Shown piece by piece: positions 10,551 through 19,842 of a stretch of DNA of 64,000 nucleotides (positions are counted from its first letter, which is position 1; the number at the start of each line of letters is the position of its first letter). Source of the DNA: a virus; the IMG/VR virus record IMGVR_UViG_3300028840_007197, positions 1 to 64,000 of that record, one strand, 5' to 3'. Under the pieces are notes generated by a model, which saw nothing but the letters and a program-made list of their open reading frames with translations, was not told the origin of the DNA and ran no database searches. The position numbers and the translations under genes were made by a program.

Positions 10551-10777
10551 TTCCGCTTACCTGCAAAATAGGACTGCACTGGTTCATGCATGGCCATGAG
10601 CCAGACTTCACGGCATTCGGCAAGATTGTATATCTTGCTGAATGCCCCTGTGGACGCCGATGGCTCGTTGAGACAACGGGACCTTTCCCAATGTTCAAAG
10701 TGGAATCAAAGCGGGAACTAGGTGGCATAGAACGGGTCATTGAACATTATAATGAGGAGAATCAAAAGCGTGAGTAG
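10547..10777 (+). CDS. Hypothetical protein (His/Cys Zn-ribbon-like)
   Basis: CKIGLH...ECPCGR; overlaps both neighbours. Confidence 0.55.
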   Translation: MIPLTCKIGLHWFMHGHEPDFTAFGKIVYLAECPCGRRWLVETTGPFPMFKVESKRELGGIERVIEHYNEENQKRE

Positions 10778-11285
10778 ATTACATTATCTTATTGGAGATG
10801 CCACTGAACCGGTCCACAAGCCAGCTATCATTTGCCACGTTAATAACGATTTAGGCGGGTGGGGAAGGGGTTTCGTCTTAGCCCTAAGTGCCAAATACCC
10901 GGAAGCTGAAAAGGCATATAGGCAATGGAAACTGTCCTATGATGCCAGGATCCCCAACACTACCCCTTTTACGCTCGGCAGTGTTCAGTTCGTTGCCACA
11001 GGGAATTCAATCCATATAGCCAACATGATTGCTCAGCATGATGTGGTCTGGATGAACAAGATTCCCCCTATAAGATATGGGGCTTTAGAGTCCTGTCTTA
11101 CTGAGGTGTACAGAAGGGCACCAGAAATGGGAGTCACCGTCCATATGCCCAGGATAGGAGCAGACCTTGCAGGCGGAGAATGGCCTAAAATAGAGGATAT
11201 TATAAAAAAGACAATGACTGTTGATTCTTACGTATATACTCTTAAAAATCAGAGGGACCGTTGGCCAACAGTATACGAGACCTGA
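10770..11285 (+). CDS. Macrodomain protein (TARG1/DarG/Poa1p-like ADP-ribosyl hydrolase class)
   Basis: GDAT, IICHVNND.GGWGRGF, IANMIAQ and HMPRIGADLAGGEW..I motifs; SD GAGGAG before GTG 10770. Confidence 0.88.
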   Translation: MSRLHYLIGDATEPVHKPAIICHVNNDLGGWGRGFVLALSAKYPEAEKAYRQWKLSYDARIPNTTPFTLGSVQFVATGNSIHIANMIAQHDVVWMNKIPPIRYGALESCLTEVYRRAPEMGVTVHMPRIGADLAGGEWPKIEDIIKKTMTVDSYVYTLKNQRDRWPTVYET

Positions 11286-11295
11286 TCAAAATACT

Positions 11296-11802
11296 CTAAA
11301 TTTTGATGATTCTTTCGATAGAGAGCTTATCAAAGCCCTCTTCAAGGCTGGGCAGCTGAAACGAGGCTGCCATGCCCTTAATAACGCCTTCCCAATATTC
11401 CTTAGTAAATCCCCTTAAATCATTGGACCTTCTTTCGAGGTTTTTCTCAGACTCAGTACACCACACATATCTGATTCTGGGAATGATTGAATAAGCCCCT
11501 TGACATGCCTCCCAGATATCCTGTAGCGTCTTCTTACGGGCATCAACGTTGATATGACACTCATCTATGATTAGATTGTAGTTGAGGCTCAAAGCTGATT
11601 TTATACAGGCTCTCTTCATATGCCTTACAAGATTTTCATTCTGCTTCTCATACTCATATGAACCCTTGGTCATCAGACGAAGGGCATCCCTGCATATAAT
11701 ACAGGTCGGGTAAAGAAGATTCTTATGCACCTGTTTGCGGGCCCACGTGCTCTTACCCGATCCAACCAGCCCAATCATTACCCAGATAAAAGGGCGTTTC
11801 AT
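11296..11802 (-). CDS. P-loop kinase, AAA_33 / polynucleotide-kinase kinase domain
   Basis: MIGLVGSGKSTWA, ICRDALR, LIIDE and lid R...R motifs. Confidence 0.8.
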   Translation of the reverse strand: MKRPFIWVMIGLVGSGKSTWARKQVHKNLLYPTCIICRDALRLMTKGSYEYEKQNENLVRHMKRACIKSALSLNYNLIIDECHINVDARKKTLQDIWEACQGAYSIIPRIRYVWCTESEKNLERRSNDLRGFTKEYWEGVIKGMAASFQLPSLEEGFDKLSIERIIKI

Positions 11803-12458
11803 ACGAAGACCACCTTCTTCTCATGCCCTAAACGGATAGTCGGGTCAACAAATATCTTGAAACCTTTCTCCCTGGCTAACCAACAGAAGGAAACGTCTTC
11901 AGAAGAGAAGTCCTTAGCCTGACCTATTGTATGAAAAACAGGCCTGAACCATGGATATCCTACAGCTTCAAAAACGCCATACTTTATCATCATAAACCCG
12001 AAACCGGTATACACGACCTCAAAAAGCTTATTTGAGTTCTTAATATCTAGCTCAGTCATGAATTTGAACGTACCGTGCTTTTTGAAATACTCTTCATCCC
12101 ATTTTTTAACGATGGGAAACGTTTTGTTATCTGCAGTCTTGTAAGCCCCCGCAACAATATCCAGGTCATAATCAAGAAGCTTCTGAAACTGCTCAGGAGC
12201 AAAAACCATATCTGAATCTATCCACATTAGATGACTATATGAAACTTTACCATCAAATGGTAGCTGTTTCTCACCCCTGAGAACGTTACCACCGAGGCAT
12301 TTGCTTCGAACATAATAAACTACGGAATCGGTCGCCTGGCTGACAGCAAACGGAATCCCTTTCCTCATACAATAGATGATGAGGTTGGTCCAGCTTTCCA
12401 GGAACTTGTTGCTGAAATTTGATCCGGGGAGACAAAAAATTATTCTTTTTTCTTCCAT
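11799..12458 (-). CDS. Glycosyltransferase (GT-A fold, GT2-like)
   Basis: LMWIDSDMVF (DxD), GFGFMMIK, SEDVSFC, GHEK. Confidence 0.8.
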   Translation of the reverse strand: MEEKRIIFCLPGSNFSNKFLESWTNLIIYCMRKGIPFAVSQATDSVVYYVRSKCLGGNVLRGEKQLPFDGKVSYSHLMWIDSDMVFAPEQFQKLLDYDLDIVAGAYKTADNKTFPIVKKWDEEYFKKHGTFKFMTELDIKNSNKLFEVVYTGFGFMMIKYGVFEAVGYPWFRPVFHTIGQAKDFSSEDVSFCWLAREKGFKIFVDPTIRLGHEKKVVFV

Positions 12459-13189
12459 ATAACACCTGGATGCCTATCATATTGGTGGATAACGTTTACT
12501 GGATTACCTGCATGGTCAGCCAGAAGATCGTCTTCTGTTTTATTCCAGCTCTTCATATACCCCATGGTCAGAACAGGGCCAAAGCCATTGGTGTATATAT
12601 GAGTATCCGTTAGAAGTCCCTTATAGAGAAGATAATTATGCACTCCCTGGTCATATCCGATTATCTGTTTAGGGGGCAGTAAATACTTACGCATTATTGA
12701 AAGATAATCTATAATACTCAAGGAGGAACCAATAGTAATGCCAGAACATGAAACCTGACAATCCTTCATGCTTGCAGCTGTATCCATATTATATAGAGTG
12801 GCTATCCATGAAGAATTATAAGGACAGGCACCTATCGTAATATCCTCAAGGAAAACGCAGAGTCCGCTCATATCAAAATCGAAGGGATTTTTTTGGAAAT
12901 AAACATCCCTTAAGTCTGACAGCATTATCTTATCATAAGCCGTCTGTTTATTCTTCAGATATTCATCATAAAGAAAATATCTTAGAGCGTGTATGGGCAT
13001 ATATTCGAAGAGCTTATCCTCGAACGTCTGTGTAATAACATAATTAGACAACTTCTCTGATAGCTCTCGTTCAGATTCAGGAAGGAATATAACAACTTCG
13101 CCATTATACCCCGTTATTGCCAAAGACTGCAAAAAGGGAGCTAGATCACTCTCTTTAAGTCCAACACTGGCTCCCATAATCAGATTCAT
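12440..13189 (-). CDS. Putative glycosyltransferase (GT-A fold)
   Basis: MLSDLRDVYFQKNPF, DQGVHNY, IHQYDRH. Confidence 0.7.
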   Translation of the reverse strand: MNLIMGASVGLKESDLAPFLQSLAITGYNGEVVIFLPESERELSEKLSNYVITQTFEDKLFEYMPIHALRYFLYDEYLKNKQTAYDKIMLSDLRDVYFQKNPFDFDMSGLCVFLEDITIGACPYNSSWIATLYNMDTAASMKDCQVSCSGITIGSSLSIIDYLSIMRKYLLPPKQIIGYDQGVHNYLLYKGLLTDTHIYTNGFGPVLTMGYMKSWNKTEDDLLADHAGNPVNVIHQYDRHPGVIWKKKE

Positions 13190-13201
13190 AGATATTCCTC
13201 T

Positions 13202-14752
13202 TTATCGGATTAAACCGGATTTCTCAGCCATCTTCGTATTCGAATAGAAGTTTATGTGCTCAGAATAACCCAAAAGAATACCAAAAAATTTATTGTAATA
13301 TTTGTTCTCTTGGAGACTTTGCTCTTTAATACTATCTAGACCATTTAACTTATATACAGAATGAGCCTTATGGTATACGAGGCTTTTAGCAGATATATAA
13401 ATGCGGTATCCTGCAATTTTAGCTCTCATGCAGTAATCGTTATCTTCGTATCCACCTGGGCTATACAGCTCATCAAAGATCCCTATTTTTTCTATGAGTT
13501 CTCTGAGTATCAAAATACAAAAACCGTGCAGATTTGGCACATTGGTGTCCCTGGATACATACCCGGCCCTCTGATACCCGCTTGCACACTCATTACCGAG
13601 AGGACCTGATAGGCCACAATAATCCTGCTCTATCATCGTATCATAGAGGTTCTCCAGCCACCCATCTTGTACCTGTGTATCGACATTCAGAATGCAGATA
13701 TCGGATTTAGGGTCAGCTGCCTTGATACCCTGATTGATAGCAATGGGAAAACCAAGATTAACTGGATTTAGAATATACTTGACTCCAGACGTCCCTAAAT
13801 ATTCCGGTGACCCGTCTTTCGAGCCATTATCAATCACTATAATCTCACAGGGCCTTTTGGTGTTCTGCCTGATATAGAAAAGACATTCCTTTAATAAATC
13901 CAAAGAGTTCCAGTTGGGAATTATGATGGAGCACTTCCTAGAAGGAAGACGCTCTTTTTTGATAAACCTTTGAAGCTGTTTTGGAAAAGTGGAAAAATCT
14001 TCAGGCACGGCTCGGTCATACTGCTGAGGAGTGACCGGATGAAGATGCCTCATCTGAGGCACCCAGTTCTTCCATACGCGGTCGTACCAATCCGGTATGA
14101 ATTCCTTAGCGTGGGAATTTATCTCCAACTTTCGCTTCATGTATGCGTCGTCCCTCGCATAAGACATATGATAGCATATAGCTACATCCGAGGGTATAAG
14201 GACACCATTATATTTATCTGCCCTGTTAATGAGTACAGCTGGGCCGGTCCGCATGGCTTCCGTAGTACCTATTCTGATACCATTGAAAAGAAAATTGGCC
14301 GTTTTCACGGCTATTAGCGGTCTGAAATACTCTCTAGGGGTTATGCAGTAGTAATCCTTCTTCCAATACGTGTTCCATTCCAAATGAAAGGAAACGTAGG
14401 ATGGATTAGAAGAGATATACCGTTTAATGTTCCGTACATGATAATCGTGATAGACCTCATCATTATCCACGATAAACGTGTAAGTATAGTGCTCCAGATA
14501 TAGAACAGAAAGACCATAATTTCTCTGGTCCCACTCATTGGTCCAATGACCCTGAATAAGCTGACACTTCGGATACTTTATGCATAGGTTACGGACATAC
14601 TCTATAGCTGCACTGTTATCACAGACTTGACCATTCCATGGAACGTCACTGATAAGGAAAAGAACCTTATCAGTTTCTTCAAGAAACGGCTCAAGAGACG
14701 GCCATAGATACTCAACGTCATCATATAAGCAGTACATCGTTGCAAACTTCAT
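13202..14752 (-). CDS. Two-domain GT2 glycosyltransferase
   Basis: N-domain IVDNDE; C-domain IIIPNWN, IDNGSKDG, NLGF..A.NQG, LNVD, FDE....YEDNDYC.R. Confidence 0.88.
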   Translation of the reverse strand: MKFATMYCLYDDVEYLWPSLEPFLEETDKVLFLISDVPWNGQVCDNSAAIEYVRNLCIKYPKCQLIQGHWTNEWDQRNYGLSVLYLEHYTYTFIVDNDEVYHDYHVRNIKRYISSNPSYVSFHLEWNTYWKKDYYCITPREYFRPLIAVKTANFLFNGIRIGTTEAMRTGPAVLINRADKYNGVLIPSDVAICYHMSYARDDAYMKRKLEINSHAKEFIPDWYDRVWKNWVPQMRHLHPVTPQQYDRAVPEDFSTFPKQLQRFIKKERLPSRKCSIIIPNWNSLDLLKECLFYIRQNTKRPCEIIVIDNGSKDGSPEYLGTSGVKYILNPVNLGFPIAINQGIKAADPKSDICILNVDTQVQDGWLENLYDTMIEQDYCGLSGPLGNECASGYQRAGYVSRDTNVPNLHGFCILILRELIEKIGIFDELYSPGGYEDNDYCMRAKIAGYRIYISAKSLVYHKAHSVYKLNGLDSIKEQSLQENKYYNKFFGILLGYSEHINFYSNTKMAEKSGLIR

Positions 14753-14754
14753 AT

Positions 14755-15399
14755 TTATCCTTGGTATCTGCTGCCGAGTAGATTAAGTTCCCATATGATA
14801 TTGGCTCGGGCTATTCCCTCATACATATGAAAAAAGTAGTCCGTCCTGAATATATCCTTTTTCATGACCTCTTGTAGAAAGTGTATCCTGCCTCTTGGAT
14901 AGAATTCAGTACCACTAAGCTCCTGCTGCACGCCTTTAAAATAACATTCATAAACTTCAAGATTTTGACCTAAGATGCAATAATCAATATCATGAAGAAT
15001 ATCTTCATCTATATCAGGTCTTATAATGCTTTTTATAGACCGATGCTTTCTTGTTGAAAGTATGAGCTTCTGCACCTTTTTTAAAAACTTCTCATTCAAA
15101 CACAGGTCTTGTCCGGAAAAAAGTGCTAAGTTACAACTATCCTGCTCATTTGATTTGCTGCCGGGATTATAATGGCAGTCATGATACCATAGAGCAAATT
15201 CTATAGCATCCCTATTTTTAACCATTCCTGAAACTATATCCAGCTGAGAAAGACAGAAAAAGACGTGACTCAGATTATGATATGGGCGGTCATTATAGAG
15301 AAAGAACAGCTGCTCAAAGAGCCAGTCAATCTGTCCCTTCGAAGAGAAGGGAGCTATTTTCGAGATAAACCTGAAGAATCGATCATGATACTTATTCAT
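14755..15399 (-). CDS. HD-superfamily metal-dependent phosphohydrolase
   Basis: RPYHNLSH, ALWYHD, NE..S, HDIDY.ILG, R..FL, ARAN. Confidence 0.85.
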   Translation of the reverse strand: MNKYHDRFFRFISKIAPFSSKGQIDWLFEQLFFLYNDRPYHNLSHVFFCLSQLDIVSGMVKNRDAIEFALWYHDCHYNPGSKSNEQDSCNLALFSGQDLCLNEKFLKKVQKLILSTRKHRSIKSIIRPDIDEDILHDIDYCILGQNLEVYECYFKGVQQELSGTEFYPRGRIHFLQEVMKKDIFRTDYFFHMYEGIARANIIWELNLLGSRYQG

Positions 15400-15721
15400 T
15401 TTTTAGATGGTCGTATCGATTTAGCTTCGTGTTATTCTTATCTTTTACTACCTGAATCAACTTATTGATTTTATCTCTTATAATTTCAAGGTCTCTAAGG
15501 TCATAAGCAGTCACCGACATTTTACCCCTCGTTATAGCTAATAGCTCTCCTTTACCAGCCTTAAACTTTGGGGATAACTCTGTTATAATTGAAAACACAT
15601 CGTCTCTCTCAACATCTGAGCTAAGAACCATAACATAAATTTTATCCGGGTCCAGTTCAAGAAAACTGACGGGGCGCTCTATGGTTAAATCTAACCCCGT
15701 TTCTCCTATATGGGGATTCAC
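15392..15721 (-). CDS. Hypothetical protein
   Basis: 109-aa ORF coupled to both neighbours. Confidence 0.6.
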   Translation of the reverse strand: MNPHIGETGLDLTIERPVSFLELDPDKIYVMVLSSDVERDDVFSIITELSPKFKAGKGELLAITRGKMSVTAYDLRDLEIIRDKINKLIQVVKDKNNTKLNRYDHLKNE

Positions 15722-15897
15722 TTATAAGTCCTGTATTTTATGCACTTACACCCTTCCCAGAGGGTGTCTGATTCTATACTTTTATAACGGTTTTTATCGA
15801 GCTCGATATGTTCGGGAACACATACAGTAGAACTGCACCCGAAGACGAGGAGAATTAAAACTAGTATCAGGCCAAGAAAAGCTTTTCGATTTTGCAA
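15718..15897 (-). CDS. Small predicted lipoprotein (59 aa, not in the ORF track)
   Basis: TTG start; MQNRKAFLGLILVLILLVFG-CSSTVC has a basic N-region, hydrophobic core and lipobox; its TGA overlaps the next GTG. Confidence 0.6.
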   Translation of the reverse strand: MQNRKAFLGLILVLILLVFGCSSTVCVPEHIELDKNRYKSIESDTLWEGCKCIKYRTYK

Positions 15898-16067
15898 CAG
15901 GTCTCTTCCATTTTCTTATTTGCTTCTTCAACCATTTTATCTATCTTCTCGAAATCACCTTTATTGTAATCTATCTCCGAATTTGTGTTCAAGACCTCAA
16001 CCACCAAACATCTTACCAACGCCCTGAGCTCACTGGAGCGCGGATCTGAATTTGAAGAGGGATTCAT
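15867..16067 (-). CDS. Hypothetical protein
   Basis: 66-aa ORF in the operon. Confidence 0.45.
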   Translation of the reverse strand: MNPSSNSDPRSSELRALVRCLVVEVLNTNSEIDYNKGDFEKIDKMVEEANKKMEETCCKIEKLFLA

Positions 16068-16335
16068 CAGTTAACTCCCGATCTCCTAGCATAGCCTCTA
16101 TTGCATCGATAGCTTTTAATGCCACGGTATCATCAACGCCACTGATTGATACCGTAATGTCTGACCCGTAAGGGCGGGCCAACATAAGCATTTCCAGAAC
16201 ATTACATGCGTTTACATCCAGGTCCCTTGTTCTTATCCTGAACTGGCCCCCGATATGCCGAGCCAGGTCACAAATAAGGCTACAAGGACGCGCATGCATG
16301 CCCTCTTTAAGCTTTATTTTTATAATGCGTTCCAC
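16030..16335 (-). CDS. ptsH: HPr-family phosphocarrier protein
   Basis: GMHARP (His15 motif), VNA..VL.ML.L, G..ITVS..G.D. Confidence 0.85.
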   Translation of the reverse strand: MERIIKIKLKEGMHARPCSLICDLARHIGGQFRIRTRDLDVNACNVLEMLMLARPYGSDITVSISGVDDTVALKAIDAIEAMLGDRELTDESLFKFRSALQ

Positions 16336-16390
16336 TTATTAATAATAGCCGATTATCAGCACTAATTAAAGTTATATAACTCATTGAATA

Positions 16391-16984
16391 TCAAAGAGTT
16401 CTATATTTAAACCATTCATAATACCTTTTAGTGGCCTCTTTGATGAAAGCCCCATCATCCATATAAGGTCGTATTCTTGCAATGATATGGTCTACTGTGG
16501 CTTTAATGCTACCACAACCCTTCACCTCAATAACTGGGGTAGAGGAGAAAGCCCCAGATGTTTGAAAGAACGCATCCTTGAGTCTTTCGATCATATCGAT
16601 GGACTGGGCCCTCCCCCTTGAAACGCAAACCTCAGCCGGGGTGTTCACGAAGACATGTATATCGGGCTTCCTGAAAAATTTATGGCCATAAAAAGCCTTA
16701 ATGAACTCCAGATTAGAGGGATTGAAAACATTGCAGTAGGCGAACCCTGACCATATATACCGGTCACAAACCAGGTCCATAAGGCCGAGTTCTTTATGAA
16801 AAACACGGTCCATAGCAAACTCAACTTCGCGGTGAGAGGTATCCATAGATTTGAGATTGAGCTCATCCGCTTTTTCCGATGAGAAAGTAGGTTCCTTAGT
16901 CCACGGGAAATCCAACTTTCCAGCTACTAACTTGGAAAGTGTGGTCTTACCAGAACCATCGGTGCCTTCGAATACAATAAACAT
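16391..16984 (-). CDS. tmk: Thymidylate kinase
   Basis: FIVFEGTDGSGKTT, TKEP, DRYIWS.FAY, KPD. Confidence 0.9.
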   Translation of the reverse strand: MFIVFEGTDGSGKTTLSKLVAGKLDFPWTKEPTFSSEKADELNLKSMDTSHREVEFAMDRVFHKELGLMDLVCDRYIWSGFAYCNVFNPSNLEFIKAFYGHKFFRKPDIHVFVNTPAEVCVSRGRAQSIDMIERLKDAFFQTSGAFSSTPVIEVKGCGSIKATVDHIIARIRPYMDDGAFIKEATKRYYEWFKYRTL

Positions 16985-16998
16985 GGGACCTCATAAAT

Positions 16999-17024
16999 AT
17001 GGGGGAGTTATCCCCTCCCCCACA
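16999..17024 (-). terminator. Hairpin, probable terminator after the large vWA gene
   Basis: TGGGGGAG-GGGATAA-CTCCCCCA stem followed by an AT-rich tail; no clean U-run. Confidence 0.5.
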
Positions 17025-17037
17025 TCATAAACAGTGA

Positions 17038-19227
17038 TTAAATTTCGACCGCTACCTCAGAGAGCTCGAACGAGTACTTCACCCCATCGACTTCAAGGGT
17101 GTTCTCATCCCTGCTCTTAAACTCATCGAACCACTTCTTACCGAGTATAACAGAGAATTTCGTCTCCTGAATCGAAGACCGAACAGACTTGAGTGATGCA
17201 TTAAGCTTAGCAATTTCATCCGTTAGCCACTGCACCTTCTTAGCCTCATCCAGCTTCGAAGCACCCTTTTCGAAGAGATTGATACCCTCTTCAATCAGAG
17301 CCTCAACAGGAGTCCTGCTCTTCTTCGATGCAATCTTCTCCGCCACCTTTTTGACCGTGGGAAGGCTATTCAGACCAGCCATCTTAATCTCAAAGGACTT
17401 CGCCATGTACTGGTCCTGGGCCTCCTCCTTGTCCCTTGGGGGATTGTAAGACCAATCCCTATCAATCATCACACCATTCTGCTTCAAGAATTCAACCTGT
17501 TCATCCGTATACTGGGATGATACTGCACTCTGGTCCTGAGAAAGCTCTTTCTTATACCACTTCAGAGTCTTTATAGTGGCTTCGATCTTCTTCTCAATCA
17601 TGGCATTCTTACAGAGCTCGGTAGCCGAAGTCCTACCAGTAGCAATCTTCCTGTTCACGGCCGGAATCTTGCTGATATCGACTCCATAGATGCCATCAGA
17701 ACTGAAGGTGTCATCATACACCAGACCGAGGTTCTTAAGGAACTTATAGGTCCCCTGAGAAGAGCTCAGATAGAACCTCTTCATATGTACGCGGCCATCT
17801 TTGATGAACGTGTAATTCCTATGAACATAGGTCGGTAACGTCTCATCAAGGCCAAAGTCACTGGCTGTCTTACCATCCCTCTCCTGGAGCTCGATAATAC
17901 CGTTTACCGTGGTCTTCACGCTGAGATTGAGGCGGCTGTCATGCCAGGTAAGATTCTCAAAGAAGCACCGAGACATCTTATCAGCATGGAATGATGAATA
18001 CCCCTCACGGGTCTTTGAAGCCACCCCAATACGCTCATATGAAACCTTCTCGTGGTAGGGGTAGAAACAGGCTTCCTGGTCAGCCATGAGCATCTTAAGA
18101 AGGTCGAAGACACAGAAGGCATCTACGGGGGGAAGATAGTTCGGGTCCCTACCCGTCTGGAAACGTATTGAAACATTATCAATACTTTTGTTTATTGTAT
18201 CTTCGACTGCCCCGTACTCCTCGATGGTGAAAGCATTGGTCAGGCCATCAACAATGTGCTTATCCCCAATCTTACCAATGATTTCCATGGCCACATCGGT
18301 CTTAGTCTGCTGAGTAAGAACCAGGGCCGCTCCATAGAGGCTCTTACCAAGAACATCCTCTTCATCAGAGAAGAGAATATCCTTAATCTCGACTTTATCC
18401 CAGCTTTTCTTATTGGGCTTTTCGGAGCTGATATAATAGACCAGCGTGCTCTTACCATCCTGAGGACTGACATAGAGCTTACCGTCATCATCGATGGAAT
18501 GGAGCACCACGCCCTGATCGGTTACGGTATAGATGGCCAGGGGATCTTTGACAATGGGGTCGATCTCCTCCTTAGGCTCAGACTTACTGGAGAGATCCAC
18601 GAGCTTGGTAATGCTATTGGAGTACTCCGGAATAAGGGAGCTGTGAATAAGAAGAGACCCCAACCTCTCGGCCATCTTCTGGAGGAGCTCCTTATTATAG
18701 TAGGCACCATAACCAACAAACATGCTGGCATGAACCTTACCCTTAATGGCCTTGATGGCCTTATAAATGGACTCTATCTCATGGCTGTAGTTAGAGACCA
18801 CCGGATACCCATCCGTGAAAAAGTGCATCGAGAAGACCTTCGAGAATACCGAAAGGTCCTTTATCACGGTATCCGTATCGGCCAGGATTTCCGAGAAGCA
18901 GGTGGTGTTGCGTGAGGATGAATTTGCCTTGATGGCCTTTTCCAGTACCTTGTAGTCACTGTCATCGGATATCTTGAAGCCCTTGAAGACCCAGTTATAG
19001 TCCCCCTGACCCGAGAACCATCCAAGACTCAGTGTATCGTTCTTGGGGAGGCCTTTAGAAAGCACAATGAGTTCTTTGGTCAGTTCAGGAAGTGCCCAGG
19101 TCATGGACCCGGACCGGTCATAAATCCAAATATGGTTCACTGGCCCTTTTTTGGTAGTGACCTTTTTGACCTTTACTTCCTGTTCCACGACGGAGAGCTC
19201 TGAGGTAACCGGTACGTACCGAGGCAT
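17038..19227 (-). CDS. Large vWA-domain protein
   Basis: MIDAS motif DRSGSM...T...FFTDG in the N-terminal domain; ~500-aa uncharacterised C-terminal part. Confidence 0.8.
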   Translation of the reverse strand: MPRYVPVTSELSVVEQEVKVKKVTTKKGPVNHIWIYDRSGSMTWALPELTKELIVLSKGLPKNDTLSLGWFSGQGDYNWVFKGFKISDDSDYKVLEKAIKANSSSRNTTCFSEILADTDTVIKDLSVFSKVFSMHFFTDGYPVVSNYSHEIESIYKAIKAIKGKVHASMFVGYGAYYNKELLQKMAERLGSLLIHSSLIPEYSNSITKLVDLSSKSEPKEEIDPIVKDPLAIYTVTDQGVVLHSIDDDGKLYVSPQDGKSTLVYYISSEKPNKKSWDKVEIKDILFSDEEDVLGKSLYGAALVLTQQTKTDVAMEIIGKIGDKHIVDGLTNAFTIEEYGAVEDTINKSIDNVSIRFQTGRDPNYLPPVDAFCVFDLLKMLMADQEACFYPYHEKVSYERIGVASKTREGYSSFHADKMSRCFFENLTWHDSRLNLSVKTTVNGIIELQERDGKTASDFGLDETLPTYVHRNYTFIKDGRVHMKRFYLSSSQGTYKFLKNLGLVYDDTFSSDGIYGVDISKIPAVNRKIATGRTSATELCKNAMIEKKIEATIKTLKWYKKELSQDQSAVSSQYTDEQVEFLKQNGVMIDRDWSYNPPRDKEEAQDQYMAKSFEIKMAGLNSLPTVKKVAEKIASKKSRTPVEALIEEGINLFEKGASKLDEAKKVQWLTDEIAKLNASLKSVRSSIQETKFSVILGKKWFDEFKSRDENTLEVDGVKYSFELSEVAVEI

Positions 19228-19295
19228 GAGAGGGGCTCCTTTTGTAAGGTATTGGAAACTTTTTACTTAATTTTTTGAAAAGTTCCAGATACTAT

Positions 19296-19324
19296 ATGAT
19301 AGCAGAAAAGGAGCCGACTTTAAA
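19296..19324 (-). promoter_or_regulatory. Sigma70-like promoter with extended -10
   Basis: TTTAAA-17 nt-TATCAT preceded by TGn; an imperfect inverted repeat lies at 19254-19287. Confidence 0.55.
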
Positions 19325-19329
19325 GATTA

Positions 19330-19842
19330 TTAATTTTTCTTAAAAGGTATCATGTCCTTATTAATGAAAAATTCAACAGATACAGATGCCGTTTTATAAA
19401 AACAGGATACCATTGTGGGACATGACTCCATGTGATCATCCATGAAAACATTTATATAAGGCCATACAGAATCACCATATGGTCCCTTCGGATCTCTTTT
19501 TATCCAGAGAAGGTCTCTTCTATAAAAGAGGATGGCATCAAAGAGTTCATCCAGGCATCCCATTAGTTTTTCTTCTTCCTCATGTTTCATAAATGAGACG
19601 GCCGGTAGACATATGGGGCTATCGTACTGAGATGATTCAATAAGCCAGTAACTGTTTTGCCAGTCCATGCCATCCTGCCAAATCTCAGCATAATAGAGGT
19701 CCTTAGGAAAACCGAACCTCTTATCAGTAGGGTGAGGCCAGTTCTCAGAGGGGACCTTAAATACGTTTCGGGCCTCATGAATAAGCTCAACAGCCCTTAA
19801 AAAATGGGTGGGATTCAAAGATGTTGTATTACAGTCCATCAC
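19330..19842 (-). CDS. Hypothetical protein
   Basis: 170-aa ORF with an ATGA overlap. Confidence 0.65.
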   Translation of the reverse strand: MMDCNTTSLNPTHFLRAVELIHEARNVFKVPSENWPHPTDKRFGFPKDLYYAEIWQDGMDWQNSYWLIESSQYDSPICLPAVSFMKHEEEEKLMGCLDELFDAILFYRRDLLWIKRDPKGPYGDSVWPYINVFMDDHMESCPTMVSCFYKTASVSVEFFINKDMIPFKKN

